Below are positions 24,989-37,170 of a DNA stretch of 38,630 nt, piece after piece. The notes under the pieces were generated by a model. The model was not told where the DNA came from and made no database searches. It was given only the letters and a program-made list of their open reading frames with translations. Each line of letters begins with the position of its first letter. Positions within the stretch are counted from its first letter, which is position 1. Source of the stretch: Archangiaceae bacterium (GTDB lineage Bacteria; Myxococcota; Myxococcia; Myxococcales; Myxococcaceae); assembly GCA_043750125.1 (NCBI GenBank), contig JAYVCD010000363.1, positions 1-38,630 on the forward strand, given 5' to 3'. The translations under genes were made by a program, and so were the position numbers.

Positions 24989-25939
24989 TCAAATGTTCAA
25001 TCGTCCTCTCGACACGTCCGAAAATTGCAGGGCGTGACGGACCATTGCTCCCGCGATGTCCTGCCCGGTCGCCTTTTCCAGCCCCTCGAATCCGGGACTC
25101 GAGTTGAGCTCCATCACCTTGGGCCCATTATTCGCCTCGAGCATGTCCACGCCGCAAATGCCAAGGCCCACGGTCTGAGCGGCCTTGACCGCGACGGCCG
25201 CGTATTCGGCGGGAAGCTTGATCGGCTTGCCCTCGCCCCCCCGATGAATGTTGCTGCGAAATTCACCTTTGCGGGCCTTGCGTCGCATCGCTCCCACCAC
25301 CGTATTGCCCACCACCAGCGCTCTGACATCGCGGCCCTTCGACTCGGCGATGAACTCCTGAATGAAGATTTCCTGGCCCAGTTCCCAGAAGGTCTCGAAG
25401 ATGGTCGCCACTTCTTTCATCGTCGTGGCGATCATCACCCCGACTCCCTGAGTCCCCTGCAGCAGCTTGATGATCGCGGGAAGCCCCCCGACTTCGTCCA
25501 CCAGTCGGTTGATGTTGCTGCCATCGCGGGCCATCACCGTGCGGGGAATGTCGATTCCGGCTCCCGAGAGCAACTGCAGACAGCGCAGCTTGTCGCGGCT
25601 GCGGGAAATCGAGGGTGCGTCATTGACGACCGGGATTCCCATTGTCGTGAGGTGTCCCACCACCGCGACTCCGTATTGGGTAATCGAGGCGCCGATTCGG
25701 GGCAGCACCACCCGCAATCCGGCGACCTCGACGTTCTGGTAGAGCATCCTCGGCTCAGGCCCCAGCACCATCGAACAGCGCAGGGTGTCCATCACCAGGG
25801 GGCGCTGTCCCTCGGCTTTGATGGCCGAGACCAGCCGGGAAGTCGAATACAGCTCCCTCTTTCGCGAAAGAATGCAAATCCGGCCAAGGGTCTGCGGAAG
25901 CGATTTCTTGCGGGAAGAGCCCGTCGACATGCGCGACAA
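24989..25939 (-). CDS. rimK: RimK family ATP-grasp alpha-L-glutamate ligase
   Basis: ILSRKRELYSTSRL, LPRIGASITQYG, SRDKLRCLQLL, GTQGVGV, QEFIAESKGRDVR, EFRSNIHRGG, ELNSSPGFEGLE. Start 25939 or 25930. Confidence 0.92.
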   Translation of the reverse strand: MSRMSTGSSRKKSLPQTLGRICILSRKRELYSTSRLVSAIKAEGQRPLVMDTLRCSMVLGPEPRMLYQNVEVAGLRVVLPRIGASITQYGVAVVGHLTTMGIPVVNDAPSISRSRDKLRCLQLLSGAGIDIPRTVMARDGSNINRLVDEVGGLPAIIKLLQGTQGVGVMIATTMKEVATIFETFWELGQEIFIQEFIAESKGRDVRALVVGNTVVGAMRRKARKGEFRSNIHRGGEGKPIKLPAEYAAVAVKAAQTVGLGICGVDMLEANNGPKVMELNSSPGFEGLEKATGQDIAGAMVRHALQFSDVSRGRLNI

Positions 25940-25980
25940 GACTTAAGGCGAATCGCTATGGTCTGTCGCCGACTTCGAAC

Positions 25981-27426
25981 ATGTCCAATCTCCCCAAGGA
26001 AAACCCACAAGACGAGATCATGACCAGCCCGGGCGAGGCGACCTATCTCGACCCGTTCGAGGAGGCGCACATCACCGCGACTCACACGCTGGTGGTGGAA
26101 AACCGCACCACGCTGAAAGTCCGAAAGTGTCGGCTGACGGTCAGTGCCGGGCCAGACCAGACCAAAGAGCTCATCAGCGACAAAGAGCGGATTCGCATCG
26201 GCGCCCACTCGAGCAACGACCTGGTGCTGGCCGAAGATCGCACAGCCAGCCGCCACCACTTCGAGATTCAGTACACCGAACGCGGTTACCTGTTGGTGGA
26301 CCTCAACTCGACCAACGGCACGTTCCTCGACGGTCGGCGAATCGAGCGGGCCTACCTCTCGCCCGGCTCACAGATGCGGGCGGGGAGCTCGACGCTGACG
26401 TTCTCTCCCATCGATGAAGAGGTCACGGTCGAGCCGGACCGCGATGGTCAGCTGGGGGGAATGGTCGGCCAGTCGGTGAAGATGCGGCAGATCTTCGGCC
26501 TCATCAAAAAGATCGCCCCGATGGACGTGTCGGTCGTCATTCAGGGTGAGACGGGCACGGGCAAAGAGCTGGTGGCCCGGGCGATTCACGAAAACTCCTC
26601 GCGCAAGAAGGGCCCGATGGTGGTCCTCGATTGCGGCGCGATTCCGCCCAACCTGATTGAGAGCGAGCTCTTCGGCCACGAGAAGGGAGCCTTCACCGGT
26701 GCGGTGAGCTCGCGGCCCGGTGCTTTCGAGCGCGCCAACGGCGGGACCATCTTCCTCGATGAGCTGGGCGAGCTGCGCCTGGACCTGCAGCCGAAGTTGT
26801 TGCGTGTCCTCGAGAACCGCGAAGTGCGGCGCGTGGGTGGCAACGAAGTGCTCGAGATTGACGTCCGGCTGATCGCCGCGACGAACCGGGACCTGGTCAA
26901 AGAGATTCAGGCCGGCAACTTCCGTGAAGACCTCTACTTCCGGTTGTCGGTCATCGGGATTCAGCTGCCTCCGCTGCGGCAGCGTCGCGACGACATTCCG
27001 CACATTCTTCGCAACGAGCTGGCCGACCCGGAAATCGTCGCCAAGCACGGACGAAAGCACTTCTCACCCGCGGCGCTCGCGGTGCTGATGGCCTACCCCT
27101 GGCCGGGCAACATTCGCGAGCTGATGAACGTGCTCAGCCACGTGCTGACCTTCACCGACGGCGACGAGATTGAAGTGTCGCATCTGCCCGCCCGTGTGCA
27201 GGGGCAGCAGAAAGAGCAGCCGCTTCCGTTCAATGAACACCTGAGCTTCAAGGACGCGAAGGAACAGTTGCTCGAGAGCTTCGAGCGCGAATACATCACC
27301 CAGGTCTTGCGCCGTTGCGACGGGAACATCAGCCGGGCAGCTCGAGAGAGTGGGCTGCACCGAAAGAGCATCGAGCGGCTGGTGAAGAAGTACACGCTCG
27401 ACACCCGCTCGATGAAGGTGAAGTAG
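25981..27426 (+). CDS. FHA-domain sigma54-dependent enhancer-binding protein
   Basis: FHA ([14 protein letters not shown]), AAA+ ([40 protein letters not shown]) and Fis-type HTH ([14 protein letters not shown]). Confidence 0.95.
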   Translation: MSNLPKENPQDEIMTSPGEATYLDPFEEAHITATHTLVVENRTTLKVRKCRLTVSAGPDQTKELISDKERIRIGAHSSNDLVLAEDRTASRHHFEIQYTERGYLLVDLNSTNGTFLDGRRIERAYLSPGSQMRAGSSTLTFSPIDEEVTVEPDRDGQLGGMVGQSVKMRQIFGLIKKIAPMDVSVVIQGETGTGKELVARAIHENSSRKKGPMVVLDCGAIPPNLIESELFGHEKGAFTGAVSSRPGAFERANGGTIFLDELGELRLDLQPKLLRVLENREVRRVGGNEVLEIDVRLIAATNRDLVKEIQAGNFREDLYFRLSVIGIQLPPLRQRRDDIPHILRNELADPEIVAKHGRKHFSPAALAVLMAYPWPGNIRELMNVLSHVLTFTDGDEIEVSHLPARVQGQQKEQPLPFNEHLSFKDAKEQLLESFEREYITQVLRRCDGNISRAARESGLHRKSIERLVKKYTLDTRSMKVK

Positions 27427-27429
27427 CAG

Positions 27430-27684
27430 TTACTTCTTCTGACCCTTCGTCTTGCAGTCGCTGATGCAGGGCTTTTGCGCTTCCGAACAGACTTTGACGC
27501 AGGCCATGGTCTTGGTCTTGTTTTCGGGCTTGGCGGCATCCTTCGGCTCCGAGCCCAGGCACGGCAACATGCAGGCGGACATCGCTTCGCCGCACTTGGT
27601 CAGACACTGTTGTTCCTCGGGCTGGGCCTGCGCGAAAGCGGCGAAACCAGACAACAGGGCAGTCAGGGCGAATAGGCGGATCAT
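27430..27684 (-). CDS. Small secreted Cys-rich peptide (4x CX3C)
   Basis: GGAGGT RBS; signal peptide ending AQA; CLTKC-X6-CMLPC-X19-CVKVC-X6-CISDC. Confidence 0.8.
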   Translation of the reverse strand: MIRLFALTALLSGFAAFAQAQPEEQQCLTKCGEAMSACMLPCLGSEPKDAAKPENKTKTMACVKVCSEAQKPCISDCKTKGQKK

Positions 27685-27809
27685 GCGGACCTCCGAGGGC
27701 GTGTTTCGGTCGACGGTTCACAGTCTACGACGATTCACCGGGCGCGCCTGGACTGCAGTCACCGCGCCGGGAAGCCATCGGGTATAGGAGCGTTAAAGGG
27801 AACCCCGTC

Positions 27810-30649
<2,840 letters not shown>

Positions 30650-30653
<4 letters not shown>

Positions 30654-30932
30654 TTGATCACCTGACGCTGACCGTTCGCAATCGAAAGAAGAGCCGAGAC
30701 TTCTATCTGAAGGTGCTCAAGCCGCTGGGGTACGGGGTGAAGATGGACTCCCTGAACTTCACCGGCTTCGGGGACAAGGTGAAGCCGTACTTCTCGGAAG
30801 GCGGGAGCGAAGGACGCCGGTGCTCCGGGAGTGCGCGCCGAGTACCACGCGAGCTACTACGGGGCGTTCGTCATTGACCCCGACGGGAATCCAATCGAAG
30901 CGGTGTGTCACAGGGGTGGGAAGAAGCGCTAA
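30650..30932 (+). pseudogene. VOC/glyoxalase family pseudogene (internal deletion with frameshift)
   Basis: (V)IDHLTLTVRN...FYLKVLKPLGY...KPYF in one frame, then AGAKDAGAPGVRAEYHASYYGAFVIDPDGNPIEAVCH-stop in another. The central segment is absent. Confidence 0.8.
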
Positions 30933-30979
30933 GCCCTTTTCTCTCGACGCTGCAGACCCGCGCCGCTACACACCCGGCG

Positions 30980-31567
30980 GTGCAACGTAAGTACGTCATC
31001 CTGATCGCGCTGACCCTGGGCGTGGTGGTGGCGGATCAGGTGACGAAGTACCTGACCTTGAGAGATTTGACGACGGCGTTCGAGGGCGCGGCCAGCCCGA
31101 TGGGCGTGTTCATCTCGAAGGCGCCGGACCCGGGGTTCGACGGGTACCATTTTCGCAGCAAGCAGGCCTACGTTCTGTCCGAGAACTTCTTCCGGCTGCG
31201 CTACGCCGAGAACCCGGGCGCAGCGTTTGGCCTTTTCCGCAGCCTTCCGGAAGCCGCGCGGGGACCGCTGTTCCACCTGGTGAGCATTGGAGCGGTGCTG
31301 CTGATCACCTTCTATTTTTCGAAGCTGTCCGGCTCGAAGCGCGAAGAACGGTGGGCGTTGGTCGGGTTGCCGTTGGTGCTGGGAGGTGCGGTGGGCAACT
31401 ACATCGACCGACTGTCGCGGGGGTTCGTGATCGACTTCCTCGAGGCGCACTGGTTCGACAAGGCGGCCTGGCCGAGCTTCAACGTGGCGGACATGGCGAT
31501 TTGCGTGGGCGTCGGGATGCTGGTGGTGGATTCGTTCGTTCGAAAGGAAAAGAAAAAGCCGGCCTGA
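30980..31567 (+). CDS. lspA: Signal peptidase II
   Basis: ADQVTK, ENPGAAFG, GAVGNYIDR, VIDFL, WPSFNVAD. GTG start inferred. Confidence 0.96.
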   Translation: MQRKYVILIALTLGVVVADQVTKYLTLRDLTTAFEGAASPMGVFISKAPDPGFDGYHFRSKQAYVLSENFFRLRYAENPGAAFGLFRSLPEAARGPLFHLVSIGAVLLITFYFSKLSGSKREERWALVGLPLVLGGAVGNYIDRLSRGFVIDFLEAHWFDKAAWPSFNVADMAICVGVGMLVVDSFVRKEKKKPA

Positions 31568-31577
31568 AGGAGCCTCC

Positions 31578-32852
31578 ATGCTGCCCGTCATCTACAAGTT
31601 TCTGCTCAACACCGATTTCTCGAGGACGATGATCTACCTCGTCGCGCTCGGGCTGGTGGTCTACGCGGCCGTCAGTGGGTGGAGGGGGGCGGCGGGGCCG
31701 GTGGATCCGAAGACGGGAAAGCTGAGCGAGCCCTCGGTCGATGATCGACGGCGCCGGGCGGTGACTTTCGGGTTGCTCGGAGTGGGCCTGGCGGGGTTGG
31801 GCCTGTACTACGCGCTGCCCGAGGTGCCCTTTCTGGGGAGGGGGAAGGGCGAAGGAATTCCGATTCACACCTACGGGGTGTTGGTGGGCAGCGGCTTCAT
31901 CTTCGCGGTGACCGCGGCGGGGTGGCTGGCGATGCGCGAGTGGCCGGGCGCAGAAGGCCTGAAGAAACGGGACCAGATTTTCGACCTCGCCTTCTACGTG
32001 TTCATCGGAGCGATGGTCGGCTCGCGGGTCTTGTTCATCATCGTCAACTGGAAGGACTACGCGTCGGACCCTTCGAAAATATTTTCGTTGAGCGGAGGGC
32101 TGGTCTTCTACGGCGGGCTGATCGGCGCCGCGCTGACTGCGTATTGGTACGCGCGGAAAAACGAGATCGACTTCCTGCGGCTGTCGGACGTTGCGATGCC
32201 CACGGTGTCGCTGGGGCATGCGCTGGGTCGTCAGGGCTGCTTCTCGGCGGGCTGCTGCTGGGGCGATGTGGCGAAGGAGACTTCGAAGGTCGCGGTCCAC
32301 TTTCCGGGGCCGTTGGCGAAGAACCTGTTTGGGACCATTGGCGGGACTCCGTCGCTGGCGTGGCAATCGCAATCGACGGACACCCGATGGGTGGTCGAAG
32401 CGACGGGCCAGATTACCCACCAGGCGGTGCCGGGTGCGGTGCAGATTTCCGACTGGGTGACCCAGCACGGGCACACGCTGCCGCTGCACCCGACCCAGCT
32501 GTACGAGTCGATCGGTGAGCTGACGCTGTTCGTGTTCCTGCTCACGATGCGCAGGTACCGCCGGTTTCACGGCCAGATTCTGGGGATGTGGCTGATGGGC
32601 TACGCGTTGCTGCGGACCTCGGTCGAGCTGTTCCGCGGCGACGTAGAGCGAGGGACGCTCAACGGGTTGCTCAACTACCTGGGCCTCAACAGCGTGGCGG
32701 CCGGAATTCCACTCGAGGCCTGGTACAACATTTCGGTTTCCCAGTTCATCTCGTTCTGCATGTTCTCGTTGGGCGTATCGATTTTGATGACCAAGGGGCG
32801 GGCGCTGCGGGCTCAGCCGACGGTCGATCTGAACGCGCTCGCGCTCAGCTAA
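31578..32852 (+). CDS. lgt: Prolipoprotein diacylglyceryl transferase, extended form
   Basis: IHTYGVL, GSRVLF, GGLVFYGGL, GRQGCFSAGCCWG, HPTQLYES, LRTSVELFRGD, SVSQFIS. Confidence 0.93.
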   Translation: MLPVIYKFLLNTDFSRTMIYLVALGLVVYAAVSGWRGAAGPVDPKTGKLSEPSVDDRRRRAVTFGLLGVGLAGLGLYYALPEVPFLGRGKGEGIPIHTYGVLVGSGFIFAVTAAGWLAMREWPGAEGLKKRDQIFDLAFYVFIGAMVGSRVLFIIVNWKDYASDPSKIFSLSGGLVFYGGLIGAALTAYWYARKNEIDFLRLSDVAMPTVSLGHALGRQGCFSAGCCWGDVAKETSKVAVHFPGPLAKNLFGTIGGTPSLAWQSQSTDTRWVVEATGQITHQAVPGAVQISDWVTQHGHTLPLHPTQLYESIGELTLFVFLLTMRRYRRFHGQILGMWLMGYALLRTSVELFRGDVERGTLNGLLNYLGLNSVAAGIPLEAWYNISVSQFISFCMFSLGVSILMTKGRALRAQPTVDLNALALS

Positions 32853-32866
32853 GCTCTCGGCCTCCC

Positions 32867-33610
32867 ATGGCTGACCCGGACCAAAGAAAGAAGCTGGGCG
32901 ACGCCTCTGAAGTCGAGGCCGCGTGCTCGGAAGTCGAAGCAGAGATTGCGGCACTGCGCGCGAAGTACGAGCAGTACTTCATGGGGGTCGAGCGAAAGCC
33001 GCCCAATGTCGAGCACACGGCGCTGAAGAAGAAGGTCGCCGGTCTTCGCAATACGTTCGTCCGTCAATTCTCGGCGAAGTTCCGGGTCGAAGCGGTCACG
33101 TCGAAGATGCTGACCTACGAGCGGCTGTGGACCCGGACGCTGCAGGAGATTGAAGCGGGCACGTATCGGCGGGATCTCTTCAAGCTCAAGCTGCGGACCA
33201 AGGATCGCGCGCCACCGCCACCGCCTGCGGTGAAGGTCGAGAAAAAGGCCGAGCCAGAAAAAGTTCTGAAGAACGACAAGGCGCCGTTGGAAAAGGTCGA
33301 GAAGAAGCCGGCGTTGCCGGGGGTGGCTCCGGCGGTGGCGGCCGCGTCGAAGGGTGGACCTCAGGCCCCTCCCGCGGCGGTCGCAGGGCACCTGTCGGAC
33401 CAGAAGGTCAAGGCGATCTTCGATGCCTACGTGATGGCGAAGCGGCGCTGCAACGAAGATGTCTCGAAGCTGTCGTTGGACGGGTTGTCGCAAAGCCTGC
33501 GCAGGCAGGTCCCCGAGCTGATGAAGGCGCACAACGCGAAGAGCGTCGAGTTCAAGATTGTGATCAAAGACGGAAAGGCGATTCTTCGGGCGCTGCCTAA
33601 GGACACCTGA
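32867..33610 (+). CDS. Myxobacterial conserved protein (MXAN_5187 C-terminal-domain-like)
   Basis: LRAKYEQYFMGVERKPP...YERLWTRTLQEIEAGTYRRD; C-terminal AYVMAKRRCNE...VEFKIVIKDGKAILRA. Family recalled, not searched. Confidence 0.7.
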   Translation: MADPDQRKKLGDASEVEAACSEVEAEIAALRAKYEQYFMGVERKPPNVEHTALKKKVAGLRNTFVRQFSAKFRVEAVTSKMLTYERLWTRTLQEIEAGTYRRDLFKLKLRTKDRAPPPPPAVKVEKKAEPEKVLKNDKAPLEKVEKKPALPGVAPAVAAASKGGPQAPPAAVAGHLSDQKVKAIFDAYVMAKRRCNEDVSKLSLDGLSQSLRRQVPELMKAHNAKSVEFKIVIKDGKAILRALPKDT

Positions 33611-33616
33611 GCTGCG

Positions 33617-34798
33617 ATGTCTCGGCCGCGGTGGGTCCTGGTGGGGACTTTCCTCGCGCTGATCGCGGTGGTGCTGGCGCCGCGTTCGAAGGCCGAAGGG
33701 CCATTTGTCCCGGCCTCGCCCGATGAAGTGGTCGAGAAGGTCCCGGCGTTGGGCGAGGGGCGAAAAGTGCGCGCGGCGGCTCGGGCAGCGCTTGCAGACA
33801 AGCCGGGCGATGTGGACTCGGCGGTGAAGTTGGCGCGCGGGTACCTGGAAGCCGCGACGGCCGAAGGGAACGACGTGCGGCTGATTGGCAGAGCGCAGGC
33901 TGTGCTTGCTCCGTGGTGGAGCGAGCCCCAAGCGCCGGCCGCGGTGCGCTTGCTGCGCGCGACCATCAAGCAGAGCCTTCACGATTTTCCCGGGGCGCGG
34001 GTCGATCTCGATGCGCTGGTGGCGGCCGACCCCGAAGACATTCAGGCATGGCTGACCCGCGCGACGGTGGCCCAGGTGGTGGGCGACTATCCCGAGGCGC
34101 AGAAGAGCTGCGCGGCCCTTCGCGGTCGGGCGCCGATGCTGGTGGAAGCCGTGTGCAGCGCGCCCCTGCAGGGGCTGCAAGGGGACGCAGCCGCGGCGGC
34201 GTCGTCGATTGAGGCAGCGCTCGTTGCGCCCGCCGAGCCTGCGATGAAGGGCTGGGCGTTGTCGGTCGAAGGAGAGCTTTGGTGGTGGGCTGGGGAGCTG
34301 CCGGCGGCCGAGGCGAAGTTTGCTGCCGCGCTGCAGCTCAACCCCCGGGACGATTACACCCGAGGGGCGTGGGCGGATCTGCTGCTGGATCAAGACCGTG
34401 CGGCAGAAGCAGCGAAGCTGTTGGTGGGGCACGAGAGCAACGACGGGTTGGTGTTGCGGCTTTGCCTCGCGCAAAAGGCAGGGAAGCTCGAGGAAGCCGC
34501 GTGCGCGCTGTTGCGGGAGCGGGTCGCGGCGAGCCGGCAGCGGGGCGACACCGTGCACCGGCGAGAAGAGTCGCGGTACGCGCTGCAGGTCGAAGGGGAC
34601 GCGACGAAAGCGCTCGAGCTCGCCGAGGCAAACTTCACCGTGCAGCGCGAGCCGGCCGACGTGCGGGTGTTGCTCGAGGCTGCGCTTGCGGCGGGACGCC
34701 CGGCGGCGGCACAACCGGCGCTCGATTGGATGAAGCACACCGGGTTTCAATGGCCGCCGGCGCGCGCGCTGGTGAAGAAGCTCGAGGCGCTGCGGTGA
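33617..34798 (+). CDS. Exported TPR-repeat protein
   Basis: N-terminal signal/TM helix, Ala-rich helical repeats, PFVPASPDEVVEKVP, RGDTVHRREESR, NFTVQREPAD. Confidence 0.8.
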   Translation: MSRPRWVLVGTFLALIAVVLAPRSKAEGPFVPASPDEVVEKVPALGEGRKVRAAARAALADKPGDVDSAVKLARGYLEAATAEGNDVRLIGRAQAVLAPWWSEPQAPAAVRLLRATIKQSLHDFPGARVDLDALVAADPEDIQAWLTRATVAQVVGDYPEAQKSCAALRGRAPMLVEAVCSAPLQGLQGDAAAAASSIEAALVAPAEPAMKGWALSVEGELWWWAGELPAAEAKFAAALQLNPRDDYTRGAWADLLLDQDRAAEAAKLLVGHESNDGLVLRLCLAQKAGKLEEAACALLRERVAASRQRGDTVHRREESRYALQVEGDATKALELAEANFTVQREPADVRVLLEAALAAGRPAAAQPALDWMKHTGFQWPPARALVKKLEALR

Positions 34799-35892
34799 GC
34801 GCGCCAGGGTGGGCGGTGTTCGGGATCTTGCTGGCGAGCCAGGCGTGGGCGCACAAGGCCAGCGACAGCTACCTGACGTTGACCCCGCGCGGTTCCGAGG
34901 TGTCGGCGCGGTGGGACATCGCGCTCAAGGATCTCGATGGCGAGCTGGATCTCGACGCCGACGGCGATGGACAGATTCGTTGGCGCGAGGTGCTGGAGCG
35001 ACAGTCGGGGCTGGTGGAGTACGCGCTGAGTCACTTGCAGCTGAGCCAGGCGGGAGCCCCGTGCACGCCCCGCTCGCCGTCGTTGCGTTTGACCCGCCAC
35101 TCGGACGGGGTCTACGCGGTGCTCGATTTTTTGATTGCCTGTGCCTTCGAAGTCAAAGAGGTGACCCTCGACTACGGGCTGCTGTTCGAGGTCGACGCTC
35201 AGCACCGGGGGTTGGTGAGGCTGGCGGGGGCGGGGGATAGCTGGGTGGCTTTTTCGGCGGCGGAGCGAAGTCGACGGCTGACGTTCGCAGAAGTCTCGCG
35301 CGCGCAGCAGCTGTGGGAGTCCTTCACGTCCGGGGTTCACCACATTGCGATCGGTTCGGATCACCTCGCGTTCTTGTTCGCGCTGCTGCTTCCTTCGGTG
35401 CTGCGTCGGCGCAGCGGACAGTGGGAATCGGTCGAGCGGTTGCGGCCGGCGCTGCTCGAGGTGCTGAAGGTCGTCTCGAGCTTCACAGTCGCGCACTCGA
35501 TTACCCTCGGGTTGGGGGCGTTCGATGTGGTCCGGCCCGAGCCGAAGTGGGTGGAGGTGGCGATTGCTGCCTCGGTCGGGCTGGCGGCGCTCAACAACTT
35601 GTGGGTGCTGCTGCCTGAAGGCCGCTGGAGCCTGGCTTTCGGGCTGGGCTTGCTGCACGGGTTTGGGTTCGTCAATGCGATGCAGGATCTGGGAGCGGGA
35701 GCCGGGGGAATCTGGGCCTCGGTCCTGGGCTTCAACCTCGGGGTGGAAGCGGGGCAGGCGGTGATCGTGATGCTGTTCGTGCCTCTCGCGTTCGCGCTGC
35801 GAAACACCCGGGTCTACCGACTGGGCCTGTTCCAGTCGGGGTCGGTGGGAATTTTATGCGTCGCGGTCTGGTGGTTGGGCCAGAGGATTTAG
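34795..35892 (+). CDS. HupE/UreJ family membrane protein
   Basis: AWAHKASDSYL, GVHHIAIGSDHLAFL, FTVAHSITL, FGLGLLHGFGF, GFNLGVEAGQ. GTGA overlap with the TPR gene. Confidence 0.88.
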   Translation: MSAPGWAVFGILLASQAWAHKASDSYLTLTPRGSEVSARWDIALKDLDGELDLDADGDGQIRWREVLERQSGLVEYALSHLQLSQAGAPCTPRSPSLRLTRHSDGVYAVLDFLIACAFEVKEVTLDYGLLFEVDAQHRGLVRLAGAGDSWVAFSAAERSRRLTFAEVSRAQQLWESFTSGVHHIAIGSDHLAFLFALLLPSVLRRRSGQWESVERLRPALLEVLKVVSSFTVAHSITLGLGAFDVVRPEPKWVEVAIAASVGLAALNNLWVLLPEGRWSLAFGLGLLHGFGFVNAMQDLGAGAGGIWASVLGFNLGVEAGQAVIVMLFVPLAFALRNTRVYRLGLFQSGSVGILCVAVWWLGQRI

Positions 35893-36266
35893 CGGGTGAC
35901 TTTGCAGCGCAGGGCGCTCCAGACGGCGTCGATGGCGACGATGGACACCCCTTCGAGCCCGACGGTGGCGGCGGTCACCCGGACGATGTCCCGGTTCAAG
36001 TCTGTGCCGAGCGCCTTGGCCTTCGGGTAACAAAGCCAGAGGATTCCCTTGTCGGTCAGCGACGCCTTGAACCGTCGCAGGTCCTTTTCCAGATGCACCT
36101 TCAGGGTGAAGAACGCCTGGATGAGGTCGAGGTCCTTCTCGAGGCGATGGGCGCGGCTGATCTGGGTGTTCTTCTTCAGCTCGACCTCGAACGCGGTGGG
36201 CGCTCCCAGCACGGCTACCCGCATTCCCGATTGGTAGCGCAACTTCTTCAGGGTCGCGGAAATCAC
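35889..36266 (-). CDS. Conserved hypothetical protein (DUF3052-like)
   Basis: LKKLRY, ILWLCYPK...TDLNRD, VAIDAVWSALR. GTG start inferred. Confidence 0.7.
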   Translation of the reverse strand: MISATLKKLRYQSGMRVAVLGAPTAFEVELKKNTQISRAHRLEKDLDLIQAFFTLKVHLEKDLRRFKASLTDKGILWLCYPKAKALGTDLNRDIVRVTAATVGLEGVSIVAIDAVWSALRCKVTR

Positions 36267-36350
36267 GACTTGGACCTCGGGAAGGAATTGCCGTTCGGGT
36301 CCTTGAAGATGGCCGAGGTGCCCCACTCTTCTTTCTTCGGCGGCGCCTGG
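36263..36350 (-). pseudogene. C-terminal remnant of a VOC/glyoxalase gene
   Basis: APPKKEEWGTSAIFKDPNGNSF...stop, overlapping the next start (GTGA). No recognisable N-terminal half upstream. Confidence 0.55.
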
Positions 36351-36522
36351 TCCGGGGCTGAGGGCAGTCGTTCAGCGCAGCAGCTGCAGCCTCCCCGAGG
36401 GCGTGCAGGATGAGCTCGGCGGTGACGCGGTCAGGATCTGATGAGCGCCGAGCTGATACCCGGCCGGCCGCTGCGAGCACGCCATCGGCAACTACCGGAC
36501 GATGATGACGATGGGTGCCGGG

Positions 36523-37137
36523 TCACGGAACAGTGAAGACGAGATCGTCGAAGCCGACTCCGTAGGGGTCAGTGACCGAGACGATCTCGAGGCGCGTCAC
36601 CCCGACCTTGTTCGAGAGATCGACCGGCAATGGTTGAGTGAAGGAGCCAGCGCCGGTGATCGGCTGGGTGGTCATGAGGCCTCTTGCGGTCACCTTGAGC
36701 GTCGCTGCGGAGCCCGAAGTATCAACTCCGATCATTCGGAAGTGGACCCCGTTGACCGGTTGCCCGAAGTCGATCGTGAGATCACCGACGCAGTTCGCGA
36801 CACAAACAAAATTCGGGGTGGAGTGTTGGGTGTCAGTCCGCCACTGCTTGGCGAGGACCTGCCCGCTGCCAGAGAATGTGACCCGCGGCGCATACTGAGT
36901 GCCGACAACGGTAGCCTGAGGCAGCTCGTCGAAGTTGATCGTCACGACGGTTCCGGCATCGGTCGCTCCTCCACCGACGCCTGAGCCGCCGACGGTCCCG
37001 GAGCTACACGCAACGAAAAAGACGATCATCGTGAGCCAGGCTGCGCGAACGGTGATGCCCGCATGACACTCCGAGTGGACGAACTGTGCACGGTATCCTT
37101 CGGTGGTCTGAGTCGCTGCTTCGGCGATGCCCGACAT
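36523..37137 (-). CDS. Hypothetical lipoprotein (start uncertain, probably internal)
   Basis: Lipobox-like FFVA-C, Gly linker, beta-rich domain TVVTINFDEL...GVGFDDLVF. Confidence 0.65.
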   Translation of the reverse strand: MSGIAEAATQTTEGYRAQFVHSECHAGITVRAAWLTMIVFFVACSSGTVGGSGVGGGATDAGTVVTINFDELPQATVVGTQYAPRVTFSGSGQVLAKQWRTDTQHSTPNFVCVANCVGDLTIDFGQPVNGVHFRMIGVDTSGSAATLKVTARGLMTTQPITGAGSFTQPLPVDLSNKVGVTRLEIVSVTDPYGVGFDDLVFTVP

Positions 37138-37170
37138 GAAGAGGCAGCGGAATTACCGCGAGGGCCAGGC

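Noticed and set aside
36351-36520. Possible additional gene fragment (PDRVTAELILHALGEAAA)
   Set aside because: Too short to assign to a family by eye.
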